Positions 51,124 through 62,667 of a stretch of 64,000 nt of DNA are shown here, in pieces. The DNA is from a virus (taxonomy: Duplodnaviria; Caudoviricetes): positions 64,001 to 128,000 of IMG/VR virus record IMGVR_UViG_3300021400_000128; one strand, given 5' to 3'. The position numbers were made by a program, and so were the translations under genes. The number at the start of each line of letters is the position of its first letter. The first letter of the stretch is position 1. Under the pieces are notes generated by a model. The model saw only the letters and a program-made list of their open reading frames with translations. It did no database searches and was not told where the DNA came from.

Positions 51124-52339
51124 GAATCAAGTGCCTTGTGGATTGAAATGCAATCAAAACCTGATATGAGCCTGATTTTCAGGCTCGTATCATTTAATCA
51201 CAAACTCCGAAAAACCCAGATTGTGGTACAAGCCCATCTTCCGACTGCGTTTCTATAATAGAAAAAGGTGTGTACAACCTAAACATTTTTTCATTGTCGA
51301 AAATATCATTTAACGCTTCGGCCTTCCAATAACCATCCAAGAAAAATCTTGCTTCGCTCTTAGTAATTTCAATAGGTTTTGAATTTTCACTTTTCAGCGT
51401 TTTTATGTATTTCATCTCACCCTCCTTATGCTTTTTCAGTGATACTAACCATCACACCGTTGACAACATCCTCGATTGTGTAACGGGGATTCGAATTATT
51501 CCACTTGTAACCTGTTTCGACATCAGTGAGCCATGTACCGAGTGCTGAAACACCGTAAGTGATGCGGTGGATTTCCGCCGGACCGGTTTGCTTGAAAAGC
51601 ATCTTCTGTCCTGGTTCCTCTCCTACCCATTCGTGAGGGACAATTAAACCGATACCTTTGACTGTCTGGCCGAGGTCATTGCGATCATTATCAAAAAGCC
51701 AAGGCAGAACTTCGATATACTGCTCTGCGGTTACTCCGTATTGCTTCCAGTTCTCAAATGCGCTGTAAGCACGGTGCTGTTTGTTACCTGTCTTTATTGC
51801 GTTGGTTACACTCTGAAAAGTTTTTTCGCTATAACTGTTCATCTCATTCTCCTTTCGCGAATCTTTTATCTAAAGGTTCAATATCGCATTTTGAAAATGC
51901 TATGTACTCATCAAGATCATCATTGTACAAAGCATACGTATCAATATGTACTGCACCGCCATATTCTCTAATATCTGCTTCAGCGTAATTATCAACAAAT
52001 GTCTGCACTGCATCTGACAGACTTGATGTTTCGTACTGAATATCTGACAGATACAGTTCATTGTTTTCAAATTCTTCTTCTACCCAAATTCTTTTGAATC
52101 CATCGGTTGCAATCGATTCAGTCGGCTCAGTGTAATTTCTAACGATAATTTTGTACATCTCATTATCCTTTCACAATTGTCCAATCTTTCGGGTCAAATT
52201 CACTCACCGCCCACATATCATGCTTTCCTGCAAGATATTTTTCTCCACGCCATTCGATGACCTCAAGTGTATCATCTCCGCATTTTACAACATCACCTTG
52301 TTTGATTTCAGACCAATCTTTCATCTCATCCTCCTTTTT

Positions 52340-52909
52340 TTATTCACCAAGCAAAGCATTGATTTCTGCAAGTCGCGCAAGAAGTTTTTCTTTTTCTTCT
52401 TCCAGTGCTTTGCGATCAATCTGCTCTCCGACAATTTCCATTGTTACTTCGTCAGGAAGTTCGCATTCATCAAGAGCGGTTTTCGGAAGGCTCATCAGCT
52501 TCACAACACAACCTTCAGGAACAATTGTGTGCCAGTTCTTCACAGAACCGCCGCTTTTTGGAGCACCTTCCAGAAACATAACATCTTCACCGATACGAGC
52601 ACCGCTGTCACGTCCTGATGCTGATGCAATCGTGCGTCCAAGTATTGTTACCGGACCATGCCAGATTGAAATTTCTTTGTCGAATTTCAGAATTACTTCT
52701 ACTGTTTCCGAAACAGGATTGTCATCCTGTCCGTAGATGTTGCGCATTGCAGAACGCACATCTTCAACAGCATTTTCATTCACTGTCCAGCATTTCTGTG
52801 TTGGATTCCAACGCCCGCCGAGAAGTTTAATCCTCGCCACGAAGTCTGCATTATAAGGTGTGTACACTTGTGCCTTACCATTTTCTATTTTGATTTCAAA
52901 GTTTGCCAT
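52340..52909 (-). CDS. Conserved phage hypothetical protein
   Basis: TPYN.DFV...K..GG.W.....W N-domain. Confidence 0.65.
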   Translation of the reverse strand: MANFEIKIENGKAQVYTPYNADFVARIKLLGGRWNPTQKCWTVNENAVEDVRSAMRNIYGQDDNPVSETVEVILKFDKEISIWHGPVTILGRTIASASGRDSGARIGEDVMFLEGAPKSGGSVKNWHTIVPEGCVVKLMSLPKTALDECELPDEVTMEIVGEQIDRKALEEEKEKLLARLAEINALLGE

Positions 52910-53366
52910 CTCGTTCTCCTTTCAATTACCGTCGTAACCTCCGTGGCAGGTTTGGGTTGATTTACTTTAAGTAAACTCTCATCGCCTGTAATTCTTGTTC
53001 GTATTTCCAATGACCTTCAAGTTTTGCTCTCCGTGCAACGTCGGCGTGCATCAAACAAAGTGATAATGATTTGTATGAATCAAATGTCGCTCCCACGAAT
53101 TCATCTCTGAACATTCCCGGGATTCCAATCATGATATCGTCAACGCTTTCTGTTTTGCCTTCAACTGTAAATGTTCTTTCGATTGCGATTGAGTTTTCCA
53201 TCTTTGTCATCCCCTTTTTTGCCTTTCTTGATTATAATTATATGCAAATCTATAGATTTGTAAAGAGAATTTTTTATTTTTGTTACATGGTTTCTGAAAT
53301 TAATACAACAGCTTTAATAAAAAAAATCGGTATGTCTTCTACCGATTTTTTAAATATATTTGTGTT

Positions 53367-55409
53367 TCATTCCATGTGAAGTATATTTATTATTTTATTG
53401 ATTGGCATTTTAAATAGCCAATCTCGTATATCAAACTCATCATCTTTTCGTTTCAAGAACAAATATGCACGGAGCGGATGGTTCTTTACTGCTTCAGCGA
53501 AATCCTTTTGAGTGGCATACTCATTTTCGCAAAATGTTTTCCACTCATTTTCTGCATAATCGCAAAATGTTTGTATTTTATTCAGCACTGCATCGACTTT
53601 TTCTTTTTGTTCCGGGGCATATGCAAGGAAATCATCCAATTGATCGCTGCGAATCAGTTTGAGGATACGCTTTTCGGTCACAGCTCCGTTCATTCTGATA
53701 TGAGCAGCAAGCAGATATTCCGGAGACTTGACTTTAATCCGGTTTCCGAATAAGTCATTGACCACAAAGCCCTCCTCATCTTTACTCATCATCTGCGCAG
53801 CAGTTACCACGTCATGCAAATTGCTGATATGATACACTTTTGGATATTGGATCCTTGCTTCCGGTACAAATTCAGGGGTATCAAAATATTCGGTTCCTGT
53901 TGTGGTTTCCTTTCGTGAAAGATAATAAATTCCGTCCTGATACGGAATGACGACCTGTGTCTCCGGTGATGTCAGTTCAAACATGTACGTCAGGTTCTTA
54001 TCGAGCGTGCTGCCGAATGTCTGAATATCCGTTCCTAATGCTCTGACAAAAATATCGCCGAAGAATAATTCATCATCCTCACCGACCGGGGCTTCAAAGG
54101 CATCGATCGTCCCGTTTGTAGACAGATGCCATTGTCCGTTGTCATACCAGACTTTACACAACGATCCATCGACTTTTTCAGTCACTCTTGCGGTTTTCCA
54201 GTCAATATCAGCAGCATACTCTTCACCATAATTGAAAAACTTATCAAAAGGACGGCAGACATAAATATATTTACCGTTATCATTTTTCAGGATACAGCCG
54301 CGAGCTTCCCGTGATGCCACATAGCTCATATCTGTTGCGAATTGGTTGTACTTTAAAAGAATATAATGATATTTTTCATTAATTGTTTCACGAATTGTCA
54401 ATGAGAATGGTGGATTCTTTAGCCGTTCACGCCAATCAGCAAATGTATTCATCAGATCAATTAAGTGCATTGATTTGTATTTCGTCATTGATATCTGTCC
54501 TGTTTCATCTGCTTTTCTGAGCATCACGAGTTTATCATATAGTTCCGCTCCGTAATACTCAATAAAATCCACCTTTTTAAAAAAATCTCTGTACACAGCA
54601 TCGTGATAATGGATTAACCTTGCAATATTCTTTGTGCGCTCTGATATGTCATAGCCATGAACCTTATCGCATAAATACAGATATGCGCTCACGTTTTCAT
54701 GCTGATTAAAATGGGCTCCTTTTTCGTCTTCTGACCGTGTATAGTTTTTTCCAAGGTCATGATACCAGGCAGCTTCTTTCACATCGTCAGGTGCATTCAT
54801 TGCATCCGCAGCTTTGAATACTAAATCCGTATGATGACCGACATTTTCAACGTGCCATTTTCCGGTCTGATCGATACCGTATAATTTTGGATACAGCTCA
54901 TCAAAAATCTGCGTGTCAGTATGATTGTATGGATTATAAAAGACGATTTTGTTAAAACCTTCATGAAGTTCCGGCATAAAGAACGCTGACATTTGACGAT
55001 ATATCACATCCTGTGGTGTTTGCCTTTCACGGCTTCGCTGATTCTCAATCGCCATATTTGGCGGAGCCAGTATCGCATAACATTCCTTGTTAATTACAAC
55101 GCCACGAACACGGCACTGATTCAGTACGTTCCTTCTTGCTTTCCGGGATAGGTTTGTAGCATCCAGGATCACATCTTTTCCTTCTGTCAGAAATCCTTTC
55201 ACTCTGCGATACGCTTCCTGAAATACTTTTTCCGGGTCTCTCTGGATACTTTCGTCACCAAACATTTCTTCACGGATTGAATCGGAGGATACGACACGAA
55301 CATCGGATTTAGCATGGACATCAAGATATTGATTGAGTAATGTATGTTTTACAAAGGTGGATTTTCCGCTGCCGGATATTCCAACCATAATAATCAATTT
55401 TGGCATCAC
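53367..55409 (-). CDS. Polynucleotide kinase-HD-RNA ligase (Rnl1-like) fusion
   Basis: G.SGSGKST and DATN kinase motifs; H..HD.GK HD domain; KFFN, EKVDGS, FEL, EGFVV and KVK ligase motifs. Confidence 0.88.
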   Translation of the reverse strand: MMPKLIIMVGISGSGKSTFVKHTLLNQYLDVHAKSDVRVVSSDSIREEMFGDESIQRDPEKVFQEAYRRVKGFLTEGKDVILDATNLSRKARRNVLNQCRVRGVVINKECYAILAPPNMAIENQRSRERQTPQDVIYRQMSAFFMPELHEGFNKIVFYNPYNHTDTQIFDELYPKLYGIDQTGKWHVENVGHHTDLVFKAADAMNAPDDVKEAAWYHDLGKNYTRSEDEKGAHFNQHENVSAYLYLCDKVHGYDISERTKNIARLIHYHDAVYRDFFKKVDFIEYYGAELYDKLVMLRKADETGQISMTKYKSMHLIDLMNTFADWRERLKNPPFSLTIRETINEKYHYILLKYNQFATDMSYVASREARGCILKNDNGKYIYVCRPFDKFFNYGEEYAADIDWKTARVTEKVDGSLCKVWYDNGQWHLSTNGTIDAFEAPVGEDDELFFGDIFVRALGTDIQTFGSTLDKNLTYMFELTSPETQVVIPYQDGIYYLSRKETTTGTEYFDTPEFVPEARIQYPKVYHISNLHDVVTAAQMMSKDEEGFVVNDLFGNRIKVKSPEYLLAAHIRMNGAVTEKRILKLIRSDQLDDFLAYAPEQKEKVDAVLNKIQTFCDYAENEWKTFCENEYATQKDFAEAVKNHPLRAYLFLKRKDDEFDIRDWLFKMPINKIINILHME

Positions 55410-57091
55410 TCTTCCTCCTCTTCAAAATCGTCATCGTCCAGTTCAGAATCATCGTCTATATGAATTGCGTCGTGAACGATATCATAAATCATTGCGATGG
55501 TTTCACTGCGCTCTGCGTTATCTCTGTCCCTAATGATATCAGCGACCAGATTCCTGAGTGTGGAAAATTGAACCTCATCGATAATTTCATCATTCTCATC
55601 GTCATGTACAAAGGTGTCTGTGCGAATGATATCATAATTATCACTTTCCATATAAACATAGACCCGGAGCTGATACTGGTCAACAATTTCCTCGATCAAC
55701 GAAGAAACTGTAGCATACTCGAATTGACCGTCTCCATATTCTTCATCATCATCCATTCTTATCCTCCGCAGGGTAATATACAGCCTTCTTTTTAACAAGG
55801 TCGATATACTGGTTTAGTTCTGACATGGCAAAAGCGAATTTCTGAACATCCTCACTAACATTAGCCATTGCTTGAATGAATTGCCGTAATGTTTTGTTTT
55901 CGTTTACTGTTCGTTTTGCCTGACGGTTTTCAAGTTCAAGCTGATAAACCGTTCTTTGCAAATCTTGTACTTGTTCTTCCAGTTCGTTAACCCGATCCCG
56001 CAATTGCTTTTTGGTCATTTCCGGCTGGCTTGCATCAAGAATTTTGATCGTTATGACTGGCTTATTAGGAAGATTGATTTCCAACCGATTTTCATAATCG
56101 ACCACAAAGCCGTCATTATAAGATTCTCCGCTTGAAAAATAATCATGACCAACATATTCATCGTAGGCATATGATAGGTAGCTGTCAAATTTTAACGGTT
56201 TACCGTAAATCGCTTTCGCTATTTTCCATGCCTGGAGACTATCTTTTGCCTGAATTTCCATTTTTTCTGTTTGTTCGTTTGTGTTCATTTTTTATCGCAT
56301 TCCATTTCTCAAAATCATGTCCAAGTCTGGCTCCGCAAGAAGAACAATAATGTTCATCCCTGGAATCAATTCTGTGACCGCAACATTGACCGTCATGATA
56401 TTCTTCATCATTTTCCATTCTCAACCTCCACCAGCATATTGAAGTGTTGTTCTTCCTGAATTTGACATTTTAGAAGCTCACGATAATCCTTTAAATATAA
56501 AATAGCCTGCTCTGCTGCTTCTGTTGCCCATCTTGGGCCGCCTAAAGATATATCAAATAATCGGTCAATCACGTCATTAAGTTCCATCGTATGCTCTTGA
56601 CGATTACTGAATTTATTTAGATAATATAGGACATTTGATAGAGTGCCAGAATCGTCATCTTCAGCCTTTACTGAGACCCGACTAATCACATCTGTTAGTG
56701 TGAGTGTTGGTTGACCTAACATACCTTTTTTACCTTTATCACCATTCTCTCTCATTTATTTTCTCTTTCCTGCAATGCTCGTTCCACAAATCGATAAATT
56801 TTTTATCCTTCTCTGCGTCCCATTTTATCTTCCTACCACATTTCGGGCAGAAATTTTCTAATCCGTCCAACGTGTTTCCGCAATTCTGACAGTATGTTAC
56901 AAAATTATCGTAATCATATTGGGCGGGTATCTTTTCTTTACTTTGTCTTAATTCCTTCAGATATTCGAGAGCATCATCGTTCCGGTGAACATTGCATATC
57001 ATTGAATCTTTGTATTCATACGGGCAATCTTTGCACTTTGAAAAATCGCCTGTTCTGCATATATAAAATGCTTCAATTACTTCGTCAAGAC

Positions 57092-57907
57092 TTAGTTCTG
57101 CCATGGAAACTCCTGCTTGAAATCATCTCCCATCTGCTTTTGTAAGCTGTCTTTCATAAACAGAGGAATGTTGGCATTCTCGCACACTTCAGCAATCTTT
57201 AAAATCCATTCCTTCTTTGGTCTGACCTTGCCGACACGGTTACCGGTCTCTGCACCGACAATGATCCACTCAATGGAATTACCGACCAGGTCTCTGTGTT
57301 CCCATCCGGTGAATATGTTTTCCTGGATCGGTTCGATGGACAGGAAGCAGTGATAACCGTCTTTGAAATACGGAGCAAAAAATTCACCTGTTTTATTCGT
57401 GATCGTTGTCCCATACCAGAAATTATCACGTTTCGGTAGTTTTCCGCTTTCCTTCAGATATGTGTATCGCATCGGATTCTTTGTCAGGAAGAAATATCTG
57501 TGCTGCGGAGCTTTGTCACAAGCGTCAAAAACTTTCTGGATCCATTCGTCAGGTGTCCAATTTCCGAACAAATCAGCCATTGAACAGACAAATATATCCT
57601 TCGGCTCCTTCCATAACTGCGGTTCACTTAGTTTGTAGGGATAGAAGGTCGGCTCAAATCCGAATGGATAAACAGCAGTCTGAATCTCACCGCTCTTTGT
57701 CTGTTTGGTCATCGGTGATTCAACCGTATAGATGTTTGTTCCTTTATACCCTGTGATAGAATATCTATGAAGATTTACTTCATCCTGGACATATCCGGCA
57801 AATCGATCCGCTATCCGTTTAGCATAACAAAATACACATTCGTGTCGGCAGCCTGTAACCGGATTCCAGCTTGAATCAAATGTCTCGATGGTTGTTGTCT
57901 TTCCCAT
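57092..57907 (-). CDS. Gp37/Gp68 (DUF5131) radical SAM-like protein
   Basis: WNPVTGC...C..CYA, FVCSMADLF, LTK.P, SIEP, WIIVG.ETG, FMK. Confidence 0.9.
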   Translation of the reverse strand: MGKTTTIETFDSSWNPVTGCRHECVFCYAKRIADRFAGYVQDEVNLHRYSITGYKGTNIYTVESPMTKQTKSGEIQTAVYPFGFEPTFYPYKLSEPQLWKEPKDIFVCSMADLFGNWTPDEWIQKVFDACDKAPQHRYFFLTKNPMRYTYLKESGKLPKRDNFWYGTTITNKTGEFFAPYFKDGYHCFLSIEPIQENIFTGWEHRDLVGNSIEWIIVGAETGNRVGKVRPKKEWILKIAEVCENANIPLFMKDSLQKQMGDDFKQEFPWQN

Positions 57908-59532
57908 TTTTATCTTTCCTCTTACAAAATTCTTTCTTTGTCAATTACGTAATCTTTTCCGTTAGCACTATACCTTTTGTCAATAGGGTACATTCTGACT
58001 TTTGGTATCTTATTATTAATTTTACTTAATTGATCGATCGGAGCAACGTTACCTTGTGAGAGAATGGATGCAAGTCCGATGATAAAAGCAGTATTGTCGT
58101 ATTTTGTATCAACTTCAACAGAATTGACATACATCTGCGCCGTTCTTAGTGCATCCCGTGCTTCAGGTGTCTCACAATCGTTAATAGCCTTATAGAAGGA
58201 TTGAATATATTGAATCGTATCAGAATAATATTGATCTGCCTTCTTATTGACGGTTTCAAGGATTTCATTCATTTCCGCTTTATAAGCAGCTGCTTTTCCA
58301 CTGTATTCAATGTACATTTGTTCCATTTTTGTCTTTCGGTCTTTCAAATCTTCAATTTCCTTTAAAATTTTGTCCATGTCGCTGTATTTTCCATCTGAGT
58401 TACTGAAGATTTCAAGGACACCGATAACGACTTTACTGTCAGCTTGCTGTTTTGTGTAGCCTCTTTGAATTAATTCTTCTTTTAAACATTCAAGTCCGGT
58501 CATTCTCTCTCCTTCAAGCCATGTGTCATTTGTATATATAGTCGTCTCTGATTCTCGATCAGCGTTTCGATGTTCTTTTCAACCCAATCCTGACAAGAAG
58601 CATCATCCTGTTTTATCGGGCATTCATCACATTTATTGTTCAAACACGCAAGTGCAGCTTGTTTCAGCAAATCAAATGCGGCCATTGTCTGCTGGTTCGT
58701 CTCATCGATTAGCTGTTGCCATGCTTTCTGGTCGGTTTCCACTTTGCAATGGAATTCGCAGATGTCGCCCGGTTTGATTGCAATTTTTTTGTCATCTGGG
58801 CTTGGCTCACAAATTGGTTCTGTTACTCGTTTAATACCATCCCATTTGACAGGCTTCCCGTCTTTCGTCATAAGATACAGATCCATCATACCCGCTCCTG
58901 TTTGTAGGCTTTCCATATCGTGCCATACTCAGCCATTTCATACCTCATTTCGCTTTTTGTATAAACAATTTTCTCGTCACCGTAATCTACAGCATCAGAA
59001 ACAACGTCCCAAAAACCGTACCATCTTGAGCCATCCCTTAACTCTTCCAACCATACGGGCTTTCCGACCATTTGTCTGAGTTCCTCCCAAGATAACGGTT
59101 TGTTTTCCGTTTCTGAAAGGCTATCTGATTTGTTTATCGTTTTCTGCGATTTTTGGTAATTTAGATATTCTCTCAGATAAGAATACGCATCATCTTTGAC
59201 AGGGCTGTATCTTTGAATGTATCCGGTACAGCATTTCCAATGTTTTGTATCGAAGTACGGACACAGTGAAGGATCGACTTTTCCGCAGATTTCAAGAGCT
59301 TTGACGACTTTTTCGAGCGGTTTCATTTAACCTCCCATTATTGTTTCTATAATATCGACAAAAACAGCCGTTTCATACAATCCGCCGATTGGAATTCCAC
59401 GATTGATGTTGTCGTATTTTTCGAGAAATTCATCGACATATTCTGCTCCAAGGTTTTCTTTCACCCATTTTGCACCTTCAGTGCGCAAATCATACAAGCC
59501 TAACCATTTTTTGATTTTGCGTATTATCAGTC

Positions 59533-59904
59533 TCACACATCACCTTCTTTTCGGTGATTCGACAGCTCTGTTGAAAAACCTTCCGGGTACCGGGCTTTCA
59601 GCTTATCGACATTCATCCGCATGATTTCATCCAGATTCCAACCAAAGGAATGACAGATCATTGCGATATACCAGCAAACGTCTCCAGCCTCTTTCTTTGC
59701 GTGTTCTTCATCCAGCGGCTTATCATGGAATATCCATTTCTTTATCATGTCCAGAAATTCACCGGATTCCCCGGCCAGTCCAAGACAACCGTTCAAGATT
59801 CCGCCAATGTCAACTCGACCGTCATTTACGAATGCTTCCAATCGCTCTGTAGCCTTGCCGTCATTTGTTCTCATTGCATACTGCTGATATTCATTTCCTG
59901 TCAT
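59533..59904 (-). CDS. MazG-like nucleotide pyrophosphohydrolase
   Basis: GL.GE.GE..D..KK, E.GD..WY, N..KL..RYP.GF. Confidence 0.88.
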   Translation of the reverse strand: MTGNEYQQYAMRTNDGKATERLEAFVNDGRVDIGGILNGCLGLAGESGEFLDMIKKWIFHDKPLDEEHAKKEAGDVCWYIAMICHSFGWNLDEIMRMNVDKLKARYPEGFSTELSNHRKEGDV

Positions 59905-60071
59905 TTAACACCTTCCCATTTCTTCTAAGTCCCAGCCAAGCCGTTGTCCGCAATTTCCACAGTATTTCTGGCATCGTTTTACTGTTTGATGACAAACAGG
60001 ACATTCGTAATACGAATCTCTTTGGTCCTCATGGTAATTTACTGGTATTTTTGTATCGCGATTTACGTTCA

Positions 60072-60326
60072 TTATTCTCTCCATTCTGCTAATAACATTG
60101 GTATCGGCATCCACATATCTACGATTTCCTGACTGACAAATCCCCTGAACATTTCATCGGTTGTAGGCGAATCGGTATAAAACAGTTGCTGACTTTTTTC
60201 ATACCATGCCACTTTAACATTGCCGAATTGCGGATACATCCAACCGAAATGTATAATCACCGACTGATGATCTTCCGGGACTCTTTTCTTGATGTCGATC
60301 CATCCGACTTTTTCACTCTGCATCAC
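60072..60326 (-). CDS. DUF551-like protein
   Basis: WI....P...WMP.P; close paralogue of 60802-61053. Confidence 0.6.
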   Translation of the reverse strand: MMQSEKVGWIDIKKRVPEDHQSVIIHFGWMYPQFGNVKVAWYEKSQQLFYTDSPTTDEMFRGFVSQEIVDMWMPIPMLLAEWRE

Positions 60327-60801
60327 TTCTCCTTAGTCAATAGTTCTTTGAGATACTTTTTTCCTTCTTCCGTCTGAGCATAATTGCGAATGCCGAGGAT
60401 CCACTGAACATAATCTTTACGGTTTGCGCAGCACTTTACTACCAGATTTGCGATTGTTTTGGTGGCAATCTCATATTCTTTATTTGGAAAAGAAGAATAC
60501 ACTCCTTCAATACCGCTCTCGATCATCAGCAGATTTAATTCCAAATTCTCCTGTAAAGAATCATCATCTTTCTGCGCTGTCCATGAGAAATGTTTCCCGG
60601 AAACAGGCTCTTTTCTTATAACAACTGATCCGGTGTAGCCGTACCTTTCGCACAGTGCTTCAAATTCGTCAGCGAAGTTATATTTGTTTTCCATTTCTGA
60701 AATTCCTTTCATTGCTTGTTTTTTTATCTCTCTATACATGTAAATACAAAACAGGCTATATTTTTGCACAGGCAAATGTCATATTTCAGCTATGACATTA
60801 A

Positions 60802-61053
60802 TCACTCTCGCCACTCCACTAAGAACATCGGTATCGGCATCCAACGCCTGACAAGCTCTTGTGGAACAAATCCTCTGTCTATTTCATCCATTGTCGGCGA
60901 ATCTGTATAAAACAAATGCTGGCTCTTTTCGTACCATGCTACTTTGACATTCTCGAAATTCGGATATACCCACCCGATATGGATAATTATCGCCTGATGA
61001 TTTTCCGGCTGTTTATCTTTGATATCGATCCATCCGACTTGTTCACTACGCAT
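60802..61053 (-). CDS. DUF551-like protein
   Basis: Paralogue of 60072-60326; its 5' end forms the guide of the adjacent reRNA. Confidence 0.6.
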   Translation of the reverse strand: MRSEQVGWIDIKDKQPENHQAIIIHIGWVYPNFENVKVAWYEKSQHLFYTDSPTMDEIDRGFVPQELVRRWMPIPMFLVEWRE

Positions 61054-61061
61054 TTTCACGC

Positions 61062-61153
61062 TTGACACTCCCCATGCCTAAAGGCAGGGGATTCTCTCTC
61101 GACAATGGCAATCCATTGAGCATAAAAGAGCTATCCCCGTGTGTCCCACGGTT
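61062..61153 (-). ncRNA. TnpB reRNA/omegaRNA scaffold
   Basis: CCGTG-GGACA-CACGG stem-loop whose loop pairs with TGTC of the 3' tail; guide follows from 61061. Confidence 0.85.
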
Positions 61154-61163
61154 TTTATCAATG

Positions 61164-62294
61164 CTATTGTGCATATAATAACAACCCTTGTTTTCTGATA
61201 TTGATAGCAGCATTCAAGTCTCTGTTGTGAACTGTTCCGCACTCAGGACATATCCAACTCCTATCACCTAATTTCAATTCAGCATTTACATATCCGCACT
61301 GATTACACGTTTTTGAAGAAGGAAACCACTTGTCTATCGCGATGAGCTTCTTTCCACGCTCAATCAGTTTATAGGACAGAAATGTTCTAAATTGTCCGAA
61401 ACCGTTATCAGTCGTTGCTTTGGCAAGGTGTAAACCCTGTGACATTGCCTTATAGTCAATATCTTCCACGGCAATAATATCATATTGATCCGCAAGTTTG
61501 GTGCTCAACTTGTGCTGCCAATCTTGCCGACAATTGCGTACTTTTTCAAACGCACGAGCAACCTTGATTCTCTGCTTTTCCCAATTTGAGCTTCCTTTTT
61601 GTTTTCTGGATAATCTCCGTTGTTCACGTGCCAATTTTCGTTCCGCTTCACGGTAGAAATGGGGCATATCTGCTTTATTTCCTTCGCTATCCACATAAAA
61701 ATGTGGGGAACTGTAATCAAGCCCGATTGAATTTTCAGTATTCAGTTCACGTTCAGGAATATCAAGCTCATACTCAAACCCGATGGATACAAAATACTTT
61801 CCACTCGGTTCCTGGGACACTGTAGCATTCAGGATTCTTGCTCCTTCCGGTAATTTTCGGCACAGCTTTGTTTTCACTATTCCTAATTTTGGAAGGCGCA
61901 CATTCCCGTTCTCAATCCGCGTAACATTGTCGCATCCGACCGTTTGATAGGATTTTTGATTATCCTTCTTGCGCTTGAATTTCGGGAATCCAGGAGTACC
62001 ACCCTTTTTTACGTTCCTGAAGAAATTCTGATACGCAGTATTCAGGTTACGGAGCGCACATTGCAAGGCGTTTTTATCCGGTTCTTTCAGCCATTCGTAT
62101 TCATTCTTCAAGTCAGTAAGCATCTTGTTCTGCTGAAAAAATGATCTGCTTTCACCGTTTTCTTTATAAGCGGTGATTCTATCAAAAAGGAAGTGATTAT
62201 AAACAAAGCGAACACATCCGAAAGTCTTCTGAATCAGCTCTTCTTGCTGCTTATTTGGATAAATTCTGTATTTGTATGCTTTATTTGAAATCAT
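61164..62294 (-). CDS. tnpB: TnpB RNA-guided endonuclease, CRISPR-associated
   Basis: IGLDY, AVED, NRDLNAA and zinc finger all intact. Confidence 0.95.
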   Translation of the reverse strand: MISNKAYKYRIYPNKQQEELIQKTFGCVRFVYNHFLFDRITAYKENGESRSFFQQNKMLTDLKNEYEWLKEPDKNALQCALRNLNTAYQNFFRNVKKGGTPGFPKFKRKKDNQKSYQTVGCDNVTRIENGNVRLPKLGIVKTKLCRKLPEGARILNATVSQEPSGKYFVSIGFEYELDIPERELNTENSIGLDYSSPHFYVDSEGNKADMPHFYREAERKLAREQRRLSRKQKGSSNWEKQRIKVARAFEKVRNCRQDWQHKLSTKLADQYDIIAVEDIDYKAMSQGLHLAKATTDNGFGQFRTFLSYKLIERGKKLIAIDKWFPSSKTCNQCGYVNAELKLGDRSWICPECGTVHNRDLNAAINIRKQGLLLYAQ

Positions 62295-62310
62295 TTTTCT
62301 TCCTTTTTAC

Positions 62311-62461
62311 GAATTTTGCAGTCGTCTATACCCTCTTTTGGTAGGGGCTATCATCGGTTGGTATATACGTACCTAATTTAACAGGTGTCTATACCTTGGC
62401 TGCTATGTAGTAACCGGGGTTCTTTGGTATATACGTACCTAATTTAACAGGTGTCTATACC
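62311..62461 (-). CRISPR. Mini CRISPR array: two identical 36-nt repeats, one degenerate trailer repeat, two spacers
   Basis: GGTATAGACACCTGTTAAATTAGGTACGTATATACC at 62426-62461 and 62360-62395; 17/22 partial copy at 62311-62332; spacers of 30 and 27 nt. Confidence 0.85.
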
Positions 62462-62462
62462 T

Positions 62463-62560
62463 GGTATATTATCTTGTAAAATAAGGTACGAACTTCTTGC
62501 TTCACCGACCGCTCAGTGCAATCTCCACAAGCGTTATGTTCCCGCATACCCTGCGGTACA
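62463..62560 (-). ncRNA. tracrRNA-like RNA: omegaRNA scaffold + anti-repeat
   Basis: CCGCA-GGGTA-TGCGG, AACGCTTGTGGA and TGAAGCAAGAA blocks as in the reRNAs at 33302 and 4341; 62463-62490 is complementary to repeat nt 1-28 (21/28). Confidence 0.85.
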
Positions 62561-62667
62561 GTTTTAACAGTGTTTCACTGTGTTGCACTTATTATTATAC
62601 TCAATATCCTTGTTTTGTACAGGTATTAGTGTAAAATAGTGTTACACTAATTTGAAAGGCGGTTGCT

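Noticed and set aside
50954-51157. 67-aa ORF over the I-E-like repeats, or a functional CRISPR array there
   Set aside because: The ORF is just translated repeat sequence, and the gap between repeats is 14 nt with no cas genes, so it is not a normal array.
1385-62144. Most plus-strand ORFs and nested minus-strand ORFs in the track
   Set aside because: They are antisense or out-of-frame shadows of well-supported genes, with no SD or motifs. Only 45353, 45748 and 62668 are accepted on plus.
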